Notes under the pieces: generated by a model
Told to the model about the DNA's origin: nothing
Database searches by the model: none
The model's input: the letters and a program-made list of their open reading frames with translations, nothing else
Shown here: positions 29,203 to 39,100 of the stretch, one piece after another
How positions within the stretch are numbered: the stretch's first letter is position 1
Layout of the letters: every line of letters begins with the position of its first letter
Program-made: the position numbers and the translations under genes
NCBI GenBank assembly: GCA_021300505.1
Contig: JAJTDQ010000019.1
Span: 1-60,867, forward strand
Length of the DNA: 60,867 nucleotides
Reading direction: 5' to 3'
From: Cryomorphaceae bacterium
GTDB lineage: Bacteria; Bacteroidota; Bacteroidia; Flavobacteriales_D; Crocinitomicaceae

Positions 29203-30026
29203 GTGAAAAAGATACCATAAAGGATATATTTAGTGACAAACTAAACGGTTTGGAGTCACAGGTACGTCCTGAGTTGTGGGGAAATATTTCTTCTCAACTT
29301 GGTGCTGTTTCAGCCTCTTCTGGTATATCTGTATTGACTAAAGTTGCCCTCGGAATAACTGCTGCAGCGTCTGTTGCTGTTGTTGGATACTTCTTATACA
29401 ATGGAGAAGATCAACCTCAAAAAGCACCATCAAAAACCGAAGAAAAATCTGTTCAAAAACAAGAAAAAGAGGTGCAGAGTACTACTCAAAGTACAACTGT
29501 TTCACCCGAAGAAATTGCTTCAATAAACGAAGACCCGATTGAGCAGACGACAACTTTAAATGAATTCAGGATCTCGTTTGATCCTGAAAATGCAGATTAT
29601 ATCATTGAAAAAGACGCGTCTACGAGTAGTTCTCCCACAAATGAAACCACCTACGTTGACCAACAGGTTGTAGTAGAAGCACAACCCAATGATCGAGTAG
29701 AGGAGGTTGTAGTAGAGCCTACCCAACAAATTTCCGCCGTGGAAATTATCCTCCCAAATACATTTACTCCGAACGGTGATGGTGTCAATGAGTTCTTAAG
29801 ATTGGATTTACCTTTAGATAAAATCAAAGAAGGAAGCTTTAGCTGTGTGGTTATTGATCGTTTTGGAAAGACCATCTTTCAAACAGCAGATATCAACTTT
29901 CAATGGGATGGTTTGTCAATGAGTGGAGAGCCCGTAAGTGTAGGTGATTATGTGTATTACATCACGGCTGAAGATCAAAGCGGGCTATTGATTTCAAAGT
30001 ACAGCATGTTGCACATCGTGCGATAA
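29199..30026 (+). CDS. membrane-anchored protein coupled to the ECF sigma factor, ending in a T9SS type B (gliding motility-associated) C-terminal domain
   Basis: ATGA overlap with the sigma gene. There is a single TM helix near aa 45-66 and a low-complexity linker. The C-terminus reads 'LPNTFTPNGDGVNEFL...FQWDG...GDYVYYI...MLHIVR'. Confidence 0.7.
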   Translation: MSEKDTIKDIFSDKLNGLESQVRPELWGNISSQLGAVSASSGISVLTKVALGITAAASVAVVGYFLYNGEDQPQKAPSKTEEKSVQKQEKEVQSTTQSTTVSPEEIASINEDPIEQTTTLNEFRISFDPENADYIIEKDASTSSSPTNETTYVDQQVVVEAQPNDRVEEVVVEPTQQISAVEIILPNTFTPNGDGVNEFLRLDLPLDKIKEGSFSCVVIDRFGKTIFQTADINFQWDGLSMSGEPVSVGDYVYYITAEDQSGLLISKYSMLHIVR

Positions 30027-30031
30027 GCAGT

Positions 30032-30733
30032 TTATCTTAACGATTTATAGAATTTATTTACAGCAGTGTAATAAAACACGATGCTCGTAATCAATAGAAT
30101 ATGGCTAATGTCATTTCGATCGAACCATTGGTGTACATTAATTTTCATGGATTGTACCGCCGCTGAAGGAATTAAAATCAAGGTGCTAATCCACAAATAT
30201 TTAAAGCTCACATCGATTTTTCGCTGGTAGTAATACCCTAAAAGCCCTAGGGATAATCCAAGCCCAATAACGGAATTTAATGTAGGAACGATGAGTCCTT
30301 TAGATGGATCTGCTTCGAGATCTACTGTTGAATAAATGTAGGTTGCGAGCGCAATAGACACGACAAGTTTACTAAAGGATAGAATCCTTAATCTCTTTCT
30401 CCATTCAACAAGCGGAAAGAGCGAAATCATCGCCAGTTCGATCATCAATGCAGCAAACATTCCACTGTACCAAGAGAAAAACTTTCCAGGTACTCCCCAG
30501 TAGTTGTAGAACAAATGTCCAAACCCGCCCATCAAAAAACTCACGCCAAAGATGACGAAAAAGCGCTTCCAATGGATGAAAAAGGCTGTGTGCAGAGAAT
30601 GTGTTTTTACCTTGAATGCCAATGTTAAAGCCACAACAAAGATGATGATGTCCCCAATCATGGCGTTGGGTTCTAGGAGGTGTAAACCCATAAAGTCCCA
30701 TTCTATCTTTTCGAAATCTTGACCTATCAGCAT
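30032..30733 (-). CDS. 7-TM membrane protein of unknown function
   Basis: 233 aa hydrophobic ORF, the last gene of a tight four-gene cluster. Confidence 0.55.
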   Translation of the reverse strand: MLIGQDFEKIEWDFMGLHLLEPNAMIGDIIIFVVALTLAFKVKTHSLHTAFFIHWKRFFVIFGVSFLMGGFGHLFYNYWGVPGKFFSWYSGMFAALMIELAMISLFPLVEWRKRLRILSFSKLVVSIALATYIYSTVDLEADPSKGLIVPTLNSVIGLGLSLGLLGYYYQRKIDVSFKYLWISTLILIPSAAVQSMKINVHQWFDRNDISHILLITSIVFYYTAVNKFYKSLR

Positions 30734-30734
30734 T

Positions 30735-31550
30735 TTATTTACTTCCTTCCTCGAATTTATGAATATTCATCAAAATAATTCTTTCTACAAGACTTGGAAA
30801 ACGCGATTGAAGAAAAGCATTTAACTTTCCTAAACGGGTTAATGTGCTGATAAACTTACGTCGTTGAATATTTCTAAGCACAGCTTTAGCAACCGAATCG
30901 ATGCTTTGTACATTTCTGCTTTTTCTTGAATCGAGAATTACCATCGATCCATCCGCACCAATCGCTTCTTTGTTGTGTACAATTTCTGTCATGGCAACAT
31001 AGATCAACCCGACATGGACATCGTGCTTCGCTTCTTCTATTCGAATCGATTCAGCAATTCCTCTTAATGCCATTTTAGACGCACCATACGCGGATAAAAA
31101 GGGTAAACCACGGATACCGGCCAAACTGGAAATAAATACAACACTGCCTTTTGTTTTACGCAAGTAAGGCAAAGCAGGAATGGTTGGATTCACTGTGCCG
31201 AGAACATTACTTTCAAAGACTGTTTTAAATACATCTGGATGAACCTCCGCCACTGTTCCGCGCATCGAAACACCCACATTGTTGACCAGGATATCGATTT
31301 GATGGAAAGCTTCTATAGCACGTTCAACAAGCATTAATCCACCCTCTTTTACAGAAACATCACAACATACACTAATCACGCGGTCGTGATGTTGACGAAT
31401 AAGCGCTTCAGTTTCTTCAAGTCGTTTTTCGTCACGACCATTTAATACAATACACGCCCCTTTTGATGCCAGCTCTAATGCAATCGCTTGACCTATTCCG
31501 CGACTAGAACCAGTGATGATGGCTACTTTACCGTTCAGTTCTCTGCTCAT
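30735..31550 (-). CDS. short-chain dehydrogenase/reductase (SDR)
   Basis: 'ITGSSRGIGQA', 'NNVG' and 'YGASKMAL' classical SDR motifs. Confidence 0.85.
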   Translation of the reverse strand: MSRELNGKVAIITGSSRGIGQAIALELASKGACIVLNGRDEKRLEETEALIRQHHDRVISVCCDVSVKEGGLMLVERAIEAFHQIDILVNNVGVSMRGTVAEVHPDVFKTVFESNVLGTVNPTIPALPYLRKTKGSVVFISSLAGIRGLPFLSAYGASKMALRGIAESIRIEEAKHDVHVGLIYVAMTEIVHNKEAIGADGSMVILDSRKSRNVQSIDSVAKAVLRNIQRRKFISTLTRLGKLNAFLQSRFPSLVERIILMNIHKFEEGSK

Positions 31551-32302
31551 TTATTCTTGGGCTGATAGTGAATGTCAGGATGAAATTTCAATGCGGTAAA
31601 GCAATTCGTCCACGCCATAGCAACATGCACTAAGAATGCAATCCAGATGGTTCCAGAGGCCAATGTTAGAAGGCACAAAACAAGGCCTAATGGAATAGCC
31701 CCAATCGTTTCATCCAGTCCTTTCGGAATGTGTGTAGCGGAATAAAGCGCAATATTTACTGCGATTGCCGGCCATACACCAAAGGCATCAACCAAAGGAA
31801 ACAATAACGTTCCACGGAATAAAAATTCGTAACCAAAGAGGTATAACGCCCACCCAAGCGCAGCGATGAATACTGTCTTCTGTGTCCATACTTTAGACCG
31901 AATCTGTGGGTAGTTTACAAGGTTCTTTGGTTTTTTCGCACTGATGTACGCTAAAGGAATAACCAAAATGGAAAGTCCTAAAGTCCAAACAATAGTAAAT
32001 ACTGTTGTGGAAGGAATAAAGGTGAGACCATAATCAGCAAGTGTATATTTTGGAAGAAAAATAAGACAGATCAAAGATGGTATGACGCCCATCGTAATGA
32101 ATCCAAAGTATTTCGTAAAGAAGATATGTCGTAAGGAAGCGGTATCAAAGTCGTTCGCAGCATAAAAGCGATTCTTTATTACTGTGGACTGTGCCGTAAA
32201 CCAATAGATTACGAAGAATACCAATGAAAGAACGATCGGTAAAAACGAAGTTAAGTCATTGAACTGCCACGACAGATCTACATCAAGAGTTTGGTAGTTC
32301 AT
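31547..32302 (-). CDS. CPBP-family intramembrane (CAAX-like) protease
   Basis: Multi-TM protein with a 'GYEFLFRG' EExxxR-like motif and downstream conserved His residues. ATGA overlap with the SDR gene. Confidence 0.65.
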   Translation of the reverse strand: MNYQTLDVDLSWQFNDLTSFLPIVLSLVFFVIYWFTAQSTVIKNRFYAANDFDTASLRHIFFTKYFGFITMGVIPSLICLIFLPKYTLADYGLTFIPSTTVFTIVWTLGLSILVIPLAYISAKKPKNLVNYPQIRSKVWTQKTVFIAALGWALYLFGYEFLFRGTLLFPLVDAFGVWPAIAVNIALYSATHIPKGLDETIGAIPLGLVLCLLTLASGTIWIAFLVHVAMAWTNCFTALKFHPDIHYQPKNK

Positions 32303-33297
32303 TATTTCTTATCAAGGTAATTGTTTTCTTTGAACCAGTCGAAGCATTCTTTAATGGCTACTTCCAATGGTGTTTGTGGCATTTGCAATTCTTTCTGTGC
32401 TTTCGCCGCTGAATAATAATGGTTTTCACATGAGATCTGCGCCAATTCTTTCGTTACTGAGGGATAGTATCCAAAGATTCCTGCAAAGAAAGAGTTGATC
32501 GTTCCATAGGCTTGAACCATAACATTAGAAAGTCTTCGGGTTGGTGTTTTTGCTCCTATTGTTTTGGCGATCAATGCAAAAGCGTCTTTATAGGAAAGAT
32601 TGATGTTACCCACGATGTAACATTCACCAATTCTACCCATCGTGATTGCATTCGCCATGGCTGTTGCAACATCTTTCACCGCCACATAGTTTTTTCCGCC
32701 GTTAGAATATCCAGGAACTCGTCCTTGATGAACAGCGAGTATCATGGCGCCAGAGCTAGGACGAGAATCGTATGGACCAATCATAAAGGTTGGGTTCACA
32801 ACCCAGGCTGGCAAACCTTTATCTTTCACAGCAGCCAAAACAAGTTGTTGCGCTTTGTATTTGGAATCCATGTAATCCAATCCATATTTAACAGAAAGGT
32901 AGGGGGTGTCTTCAACACCAGGAGTATCTAGCGAATTTCCGAAACTGAAGGAATTTGCAGTTCCCACGTATATTAAGCGCTTTGTGCCATGTTTCAATAC
33001 TGCGTCGATAACGTTTTGTGTTCCTTCGATATTGACGCGATTAACCATTTCATTCCTTGGTTTATATACATTTGTCGCTGCCGCGCAATGAAATACGATT
33101 TCTTTTCCTTGAATTGCGTGATCAATTGATGTTGCGTCGAGAATGTTGCCATGAATGACTGTAATTGGTAATCCATTCAGAGTGATAGGGTCTTTTCCTG
33201 GTTCAACGAGTACATTTACTTTGTAGTTGCGTTGAATGAGTTCACGAACAAGATTGCTTCCGAGAACGCCATCAGGACCGGTGACAAGAATTTCCAT
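32302..33297 (-). CDS. NAD-dependent epimerase/dehydratase-family (extended SDR) protein
   Basis: 'ILVTGPDGVLGSNL' Rossmann motif and 'YMDSKYKAQ' YxxxK. TAATG overlap with the next gene. Confidence 0.8.
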   Translation of the reverse strand: MEILVTGPDGVLGSNLVRELIQRNYKVNVLVEPGKDPITLNGLPITVIHGNILDATSIDHAIQGKEIVFHCAAATNVYKPRNEMVNRVNIEGTQNVIDAVLKHGTKRLIYVGTANSFSFGNSLDTPGVEDTPYLSVKYGLDYMDSKYKAQQLVLAAVKDKGLPAWVVNPTFMIGPYDSRPSSGAMILAVHQGRVPGYSNGGKNYVAVKDVATAMANAITMGRIGECYIVGNINLSYKDAFALIAKTIGAKTPTRRLSNVMVQAYGTINSFFAGIFGYYPSVTKELAQISCENHYYSAAKAQKELQMPQTPLEVAIKECFDWFKENNYLDKK

Positions 33298-33314
33298 ACA
33301 GTGGTTATTTCGTG

Positions 33315-33322
33315 CAAAGGTA
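33315..33322 (-). promoter_or_regulatory. candidate -7 box (TAnnTTTG on minus strand)
   Basis: The reverse complement reads TACCTTTG, 17 nt upstream of the ATG at 33297. Confidence 0.35.
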
Positions 33323-33403
33323 GCCCCTTATTTTGGAATAGTACCGCGTTGACACTTAAGAAAGGTTAAATAGGAATAAATGAAACCGCAGTAGTACTAA
33401 ACA

Positions 33404-33631
33404 TTAATTGCAATGCCAAAGAACGCGGTATGTGCGTGAATTTGAATATTCGATGAGTCCGTTCTTTTGGCAAGCATCTGGGGAAGGTATGCTGCTGTTT
33501 GTTGTTGAGAAAGATCCATCCGCGTTTTGTTGTTGAGTTTCCTTGTAGCAATTACACATACCATTGGTTGTTGTTGAGTTTTCTATGCTGCACGCAGCGA
33601 GCAATGGAAGTATAAATAAGAGTTTTTTCAT
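33404..33631 (-). CDS. small Cys-containing lipoprotein
   Basis: 75 aa with lipobox 'LLAACS' and further Cys residues. Confidence 0.5.
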   Translation of the reverse strand: MKKLLFILPLLAACSIENSTTTNGMCNCYKETQQQNADGSFSTTNSSIPSPDACQKNGLIEYSNSRTYRVLWHCN

Positions 33632-33947
33632 GAAACTGTAAAAATCTAAATGCTTGAATATGAGTGCAAAAGTAATTATAGATTTTTAATTGGTTACAAA
33701 TTTTCTTTAATAACTATCTGTTTATTATGTGTTTACTATATTTCTCGGGTTATCTGGGACTATAGTTTTAGGATGTGAATGAATTTTATTTTTAAATGAT
33801 GTGTGTTAATGAATAGCATAGTTAGGTTCTGAATAATTGTAAATAGATTCCTTAGAGCACTTTTAAGTTTACCTGTTGCTTTGTAGAAATTATCTAGCAG
33901 ATGTATCCCCATCGGGGTCGAACAAATAATCGAATGGGTTTATTTAA

Positions 33948-34100
33948 GGTTTCGAGTGGATTACTTTGTGATCCTGTGTATTGGTTACATATCAACCCAA
34001 AAGCCTCGCCTTTCTACGAAAGTCTAATGGGCTTTGTTGATTTTCCCTGCCATTCAACACGGTTTTGCAGACCGTTGCCTAGCCGCTCGGCCACGAAACC
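33948..34100 (-). ncRNA. tRNA-Cys(GCA)-like RNA with a ~100 nt insert replacing the variable loop and T arm (aberrant tRNA, tRNA-like ncRNA or pseudogene)
   Basis: Minus strand reads GGTTTCG-TG-GCCGAGCGGCTAGGC-A-ACGGT-CTGCAAA-ACCGT, then ~100 nt, then CGAAACC. It has a 7-bp acceptor, a canonical D arm (U8, A14, GG), a 5-bp anticodon stem, U33 and a GCA anticodon. No TTCGA T-loop is present. Confidence 0.55.
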
Positions 34101-34128
34101 ACTAGGAGTGCAAATATACCAAAAAAAA

Positions 34129-34482
34129 TTATTCTTCAATGATGATTGCGACATTGTCCACATCTCCATTTATTGGAGGAGTAATTTTAGTCACCTTCAC
34201 ACGTAAAAAATCAATGCCCTTCGCTTCGTGTTTTATGCGATCAACAATTCGTTGACCTACCTGCTCGATCAATTTTGAACGAATGGCCATTTCCTCTTTT
34301 ACGATGTGATTGATCAACACATAATCAACTGTCTTGGAAAGCTCGTCGGTATGCGCTGCTTCGCTAAAATCTGTATTTAACATAACATCAACCACGTAAT
34401 GACCTCCAATTTTTTCTTCTTCAGGCAAGCAACCGTGAAAAGCATAAATTTTTATTCCATTGACTTCGATTGTGTGTTTCAT
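34129..34482 (-). CDS. folB: dihydroneopterin aldolase
   Basis: 117 aa with 'IYAFHGCLPEEEKIGGHYVVDV' and 'DYVLI', typical of FolB. Confidence 0.85.
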   Translation of the reverse strand: MKHTIEVNGIKIYAFHGCLPEEEKIGGHYVVDVMLNTDFSEAAHTDELSKTVDYVLINHIVKEEMAIRSKLIEQVGQRIVDRIKHEAKGIDFLRVKVTKITPPINGDVDNVAIIIEE

Positions 34483-36008
34483 GCTTGATTTTTCAATGCT
34501 TCAACAGCTGTAAGTCCTTGATTAATACGTAATAAGCTTTCTTCTTTTCCAAGGAATTCAGCGATTTCGAACATGCTTGGCCCCATTCCTGTTCCAGTCA
34601 ATAAAAGTCGGAAAAGTGGCAAAACAGCACCGATTCCTAAATTTTTATCTGCAAGGAAGCTTTTGAAGGCAGTTTCGATGTTTTCATGGTTGAATGGTTT
34701 AATAGTCTCTAAAACACCTTTCCACTCTCCTAAAATTACAACGGAGCCTTCTTTCCATTTTTTAGAAACGGTTTGCTCGTCGTAAGTTGTTGGGGCATCA
34801 AACAAGTATGCGCCATCAGATAAAATGTCACGAACGAATGTCGCTCGCTCCTTCATCAAATGACAAATCGTTTCAAGTGAATCTTGGTCCAAAGGTTTTT
34901 CCATTTCCGTCGCAAGCATTTCAGCCAACTCCTTATCCGGGGTCATGCGCAAGTATTGTTGTTGGAACCATTTTGTTTTGTCTGGATCAAATTTTGCCCC
35001 AGCTTTGGAAACACGGTCAAGGGTAAACGCCTCACACAATTCTGCCAAAGAAAAGATCTCTTGCGGTGTCCCCGGGTTCCAGCCTAGGAAAGCCAGCATA
35101 TTTATGAACGCACCAGGAAAGTATCCCTTTTCTCTGTAACCGGAGTACAATTCTCCTTCAGCCGTATGCCAGTCTGTTGGGAATACAGGAAATCCTAAGC
35201 GATCCCCATCACGCTTCGATAGTTTACCGTTTCCGTCAGGCCGAAGCAATAGCGGTAAATGTGCAAATTGAGGGCAATCCCAACCAAAAGCTTCGTACAA
35301 CATAAAATGAAGTGGCGCAGACGGCAACCACTCTTCCCCACGGATCACATGACTGATTTCCATTAAATGGTCATCAACAATATTTGCCAAGTGATAGGTG
35401 GGCATTCCATCGCTTTTGAACAACACTTTATCGTCTAGATTATTTGTGTTTACAACTACCCAACCTCTAATGATATCTTCAAAACGAACGTCTCGGTTTC
35501 TCGGCATCTTCATGCGGATCACATAAGGAATACCCTCCGCTAACATCGCATCTACTTGATCTTGAGGAAGCGTTAACGAATTCTTAAGCGTTGTGCGTGT
35601 GACATGGTTGTATTGCCAGTTCGGCATCCCCATTTGTTTCGCACGTTCGCGCATATCTTCCAATTCTTCCGCGGAGTCAAAAGCGTAGTAAGCCTTATCC
35701 TCTTTTACCAATTGTTCGGCATAAGGACGGTACGTTTCTTTGCGTTCTGATTGAACATAGGGTCCATGATTTCCACCAATACCTGGACCTTCAGTGGGCA
35801 TGATGCCACACCATTTTAAAGAGTCCATGATGTAATCTTGAGCACCAGGAACAAATCGTGTTTGATCCGTGTCTTCAATACGAATGATGAATGTTCCGTT
35901 GTTTTTCTTCGCGAAAAGATAGTTGTAAAGTGCTGTTCTTACCCCCCCCATGTGTAAAGGTCCTGTTGGAGATGGGGCAAAGCGCACGCGTACTGGCTTG
36001 TCAGACAT
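34479..36008 (-). CDS. gltX: glutamate--tRNA ligase
   Basis: HIGH motif 'PSPTGPLHMGG' and KMSKS motif 'KLSKRDG', with a class I GluRS pattern throughout. Confidence 0.95.
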   Translation of the reverse strand: MSDKPVRVRFAPSPTGPLHMGGVRTALYNYLFAKKNNGTFIIRIEDTDQTRFVPGAQDYIMDSLKWCGIMPTEGPGIGGNHGPYVQSERKETYRPYAEQLVKEDKAYYAFDSAEELEDMRERAKQMGMPNWQYNHVTRTTLKNSLTLPQDQVDAMLAEGIPYVIRMKMPRNRDVRFEDIIRGWVVVNTNNLDDKVLFKSDGMPTYHLANIVDDHLMEISHVIRGEEWLPSAPLHFMLYEAFGWDCPQFAHLPLLLRPDGNGKLSKRDGDRLGFPVFPTDWHTAEGELYSGYREKGYFPGAFINMLAFLGWNPGTPQEIFSLAELCEAFTLDRVSKAGAKFDPDKTKWFQQQYLRMTPDKELAEMLATEMEKPLDQDSLETICHLMKERATFVRDILSDGAYLFDAPTTYDEQTVSKKWKEGSVVILGEWKGVLETIKPFNHENIETAFKSFLADKNLGIGAVLPLFRLLLTGTGMGPSMFEIAEFLGKEESLLRINQGLTAVEALKNQA

Positions 36009-36024
36009 GACTAAAAGTTTTGCG

Positions 36025-36032
36025 CAAAGATA
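36025..36032 (-). promoter_or_regulatory. candidate -7 box (TAnnTTTG on minus strand) for gltX-folB
   Basis: The reverse complement reads TATCTTTG, 16 nt upstream of the ATG at 36008. Confidence 0.35.
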
Positions 36033-36173
36033 ATGAGTTTTCGTTGAGGGAAAGGCTTTCTACCTGTGTTATGAATGTGTAGGTGAAGCGTTTTTCTGTG
36101 TTGACATGTTTTCGTGTTGAACGAATTGAAGAATATGTTTTATTTTAGTAGGTTAAGCCAAAAATAAGGAGTG

Positions 36174-39100
36174 ATGGGTAGTGCTTTTGATCAATTATTG
36201 GAACAGATAGACGCGTTTATCCGAAAGTTTTACAAAAACCAGATGATTCGTGGTGTCTTACTGTTCATAGGTGTTTTATTATTCACCTTTTTATTGACTA
36301 CAACGCTGGAGTATTTTGGACGTTTTGGGTCAGTAACGCGCGCCATCTTTTTCTTTGGTTTTATCCTGGTGAACCTCGGCATTTTGGTTCGGTACATTGC
36401 TATTCCTCTCTTAAAACTGTACTCTTTCGGTGCGCGTATAGACCGATATCAAGCGGCTGAAATCATTGGTTCTTTCTTTCCAAACATTTCCGATCGTTTA
36501 AAAAACACATTGCAGTTACGGGATGATTTGGATGCGAATCATGGAAATATTGAACTGCTTCGTGCGAGTGTGATGCAACGTTCAAATACTTTGACTGCAG
36601 TTCCGTTTGCATCAGCAATCGATTTCCGAGAGAATAGAAAGTATGTAAAGTACCTTCTGCCGGTGTTCCTAATCTTCGTTGCTGTTGGTGTCGCAGCACC
36701 CTCACTTTTCCTTCAAGGAACAAATCGTGTGGTGAATTACCAGAAAGAGTTTAAGCCTGTCGCACCATTTAACTTTGTTTTAAGCAACGATAATCTTTCG
36801 ATTGAAGAAGGGGAAGATTTCCCGGTTGAAGTGCGCTTAAAGGGCAGGAATTTCCCTGAACACATTTATTTGGTGAGTGAGAATGGCAAGTTCTTAATGA
36901 CCAGGAAAGCAAAGAATGTTTTCTCTGGAGTTATTCGCAAGCCAAAGCAATCGGGTACCTTCTATTTTGAGGCGAATGAATTTAATAGTGATGAATACCG
37001 CTTGAATGTATTTGGTCGTTCAGCGATTGGTAAGATGGAGGCGAAATTAAGCTACCCATCCTACCTTGGAAAACAGGATGAGGTCATTGCCAACGCCGGT
37101 GATCTAACAGTGCCTGAGGGAACACAAATCGAATGGAGTGTCTTAACGAAGAATACGAAGTATGTCGATTTCGTTTTTAATAGCGTTAGAAAGCGTTTTA
37201 CGTCGGAAGGCTTCAGGTTGTCTAAGAAGCTGAACGAAACCTCTCGTGTGAGTATTTATATGCAAAATGCGCATCGTTCCAAAGTAGATTCAACAGGTTT
37301 TCAGTTGAGTGTTGTGAAGGACGCCTACCCTTCCGTGATTGTCAACGAGTTGCAAGACACGGTTTCTGAAGGTCTTCATTTCTTTACTGGCCAAGTCACG
37401 GATGATTATGGTTTGACAAGTTTGAATTTCGTGTACACGTTGATTTCAGCGGATGGCAAACGACGTGAGGAGCGTTTATCTGTACGCAAGGTGAATGGTA
37501 CAGATTTACCCTTTGATTTTGCTGTTGATTTCCGTCGTGAAAGGGTAAAATTAAACGACCGCATCGAATACTATTTTGTGGTTACAGATAATGATGGTGT
37601 GAACGGTAGTAAGTCTACCAGAAGTCAAGTTTTCACCTATAAACTTCCTTCGCTGGAAGAGCTGAATGACAAACGTGAGGAAGATCAGGAGAAGATTCAA
37701 AATGATTTATCGAGTTTGTTAAATCGCACCAAGGATTTTCAAAAGGATGTCGAGAAGATGAAGAAAGACGTTATGAACTCCAAGAATAGCGATTGGAACA
37801 AATTGAATCAAGTCCAACAACTACAGCAGGAACAAGAGAGCATTAAAGACGCTTTGGAACAAATGAAGCAGATGATGGAACAAAGCTCACAGCAGAAAGA
37901 CCAATTATCCGAAATGGACCAAGAACTTTTGGAAAAACAAGAGATGATTGAGAAGCTTTTGAATGAGGTGATGGATGATGAGTTGAAGGATTTGTTAGAG
38001 AAACTTGAGGAGCTTTTGAAGAACAACAACAAGGAAGAATTGAAAGATAATTTAGACAAGTTGGAACAGTCTTCTGAGGACATGAAAAAACAACTTGATC
38101 GTAGTTTGGAGATGTTAAAGCGCCTTCAGGTGAATGAGAAGATTGATGATATCGAGAAAGAATTAAAAGAGCTTTCTAAGGAACAAGAAGACTTGAAAAA
38201 GGAGATTGAAGCGGAGAAAATCAAGAAAGATGACGCTGTAAAAAAGCAAGATGAGATCAACAAGAAGTTCGAAGAGTTGAAGGAGGATTTGAAAAAATTG
38301 AATGAGCTGAATAAAGAGCTTGAACGACCTATGGATTTAGGTGATACTGAGAAAAAGGAGGGGGAAATTTCAGAGGATTTGAATGATGCGAAGGAAGGTT
38401 TGGAAAATTCAAAAGAGAAGAAGGCTGGTGAAAACCAGAAGTCGGCTGCTGATGGAATGAAGGAGATGGCGGAGCAGATGGATATGATGCAGCAACAAGC
38501 GAATCAGCAACAAGAGGAGGAAGATATGAACGCTTTGCGAAATATTTTAGAAAGCTTAATGGCCTTAAGTTTTGATCAAGAAGAGGTGATGAAGCGCTTT
38601 GCGACCATTGGCAGCAATGACCCCGCTTACCGAAGATATGGTCGAAAACAGCGCGCGATTATCGACGACACAAAAATTGTTCGTGACAGTCTAATGGCCC
38701 TGGCGAAGCGTCAACCGAAGATCGCTTCTTTCGTGGACAAGGAGTTGAATACGATCCGAGAGAATCATATTTTATCCTTGGAAGATATTGATGAGCACCG
38801 CAAGTCATCACTGGGAATTCATCAACAAACGGTGATGACATCGTACAACAATTTAGCCCTGCTATTGAATGAAAGTTTGCAGCAAATGCAGCAACAAATG
38901 CAGAGTCAAAAGGCGGGTAGTGGGAGTTGTTCGAAACCTGGCGGTTCTAACCCGAAAGGTGGCCAGTCAATGAATTCAAGTGACATGAAGCAGATGCTTA
39001 AAAAGCAGTTGGAACAGATGCAAAAGGGACCCAATCCAGGGGGTCAGAAACCAGGAGAAAAGCCGGGAGAAGGTCAGGGTAATAAGCCTGGTCAGCAAGG

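Noticed and set aside
30405-30701. 98 aa minus-strand ORF in an alternative frame of the 7-TM gene.
   Set aside because: It is fully nested in the longer hydrophobic ORF on the same strand and has no separate start context.
33948-34100. The idea that the ~100 nt insert in the tRNA-like gene is a group I intron.
   Set aside because: It is far too short for a group I catalytic core. It also sits after the anticodon stem rather than within the anticodon loop, where bacterial tRNA group I introns lie.
33901-34206. 101 aa plus-strand ORF spanning the non-coding gap and the folB 3' end.
   Set aside because: It overlaps the tRNA-like element and is antisense to folB. It has no RBS or promoter and a Cys/Arg/Pro-rich composition typical of a non-coding read-through.
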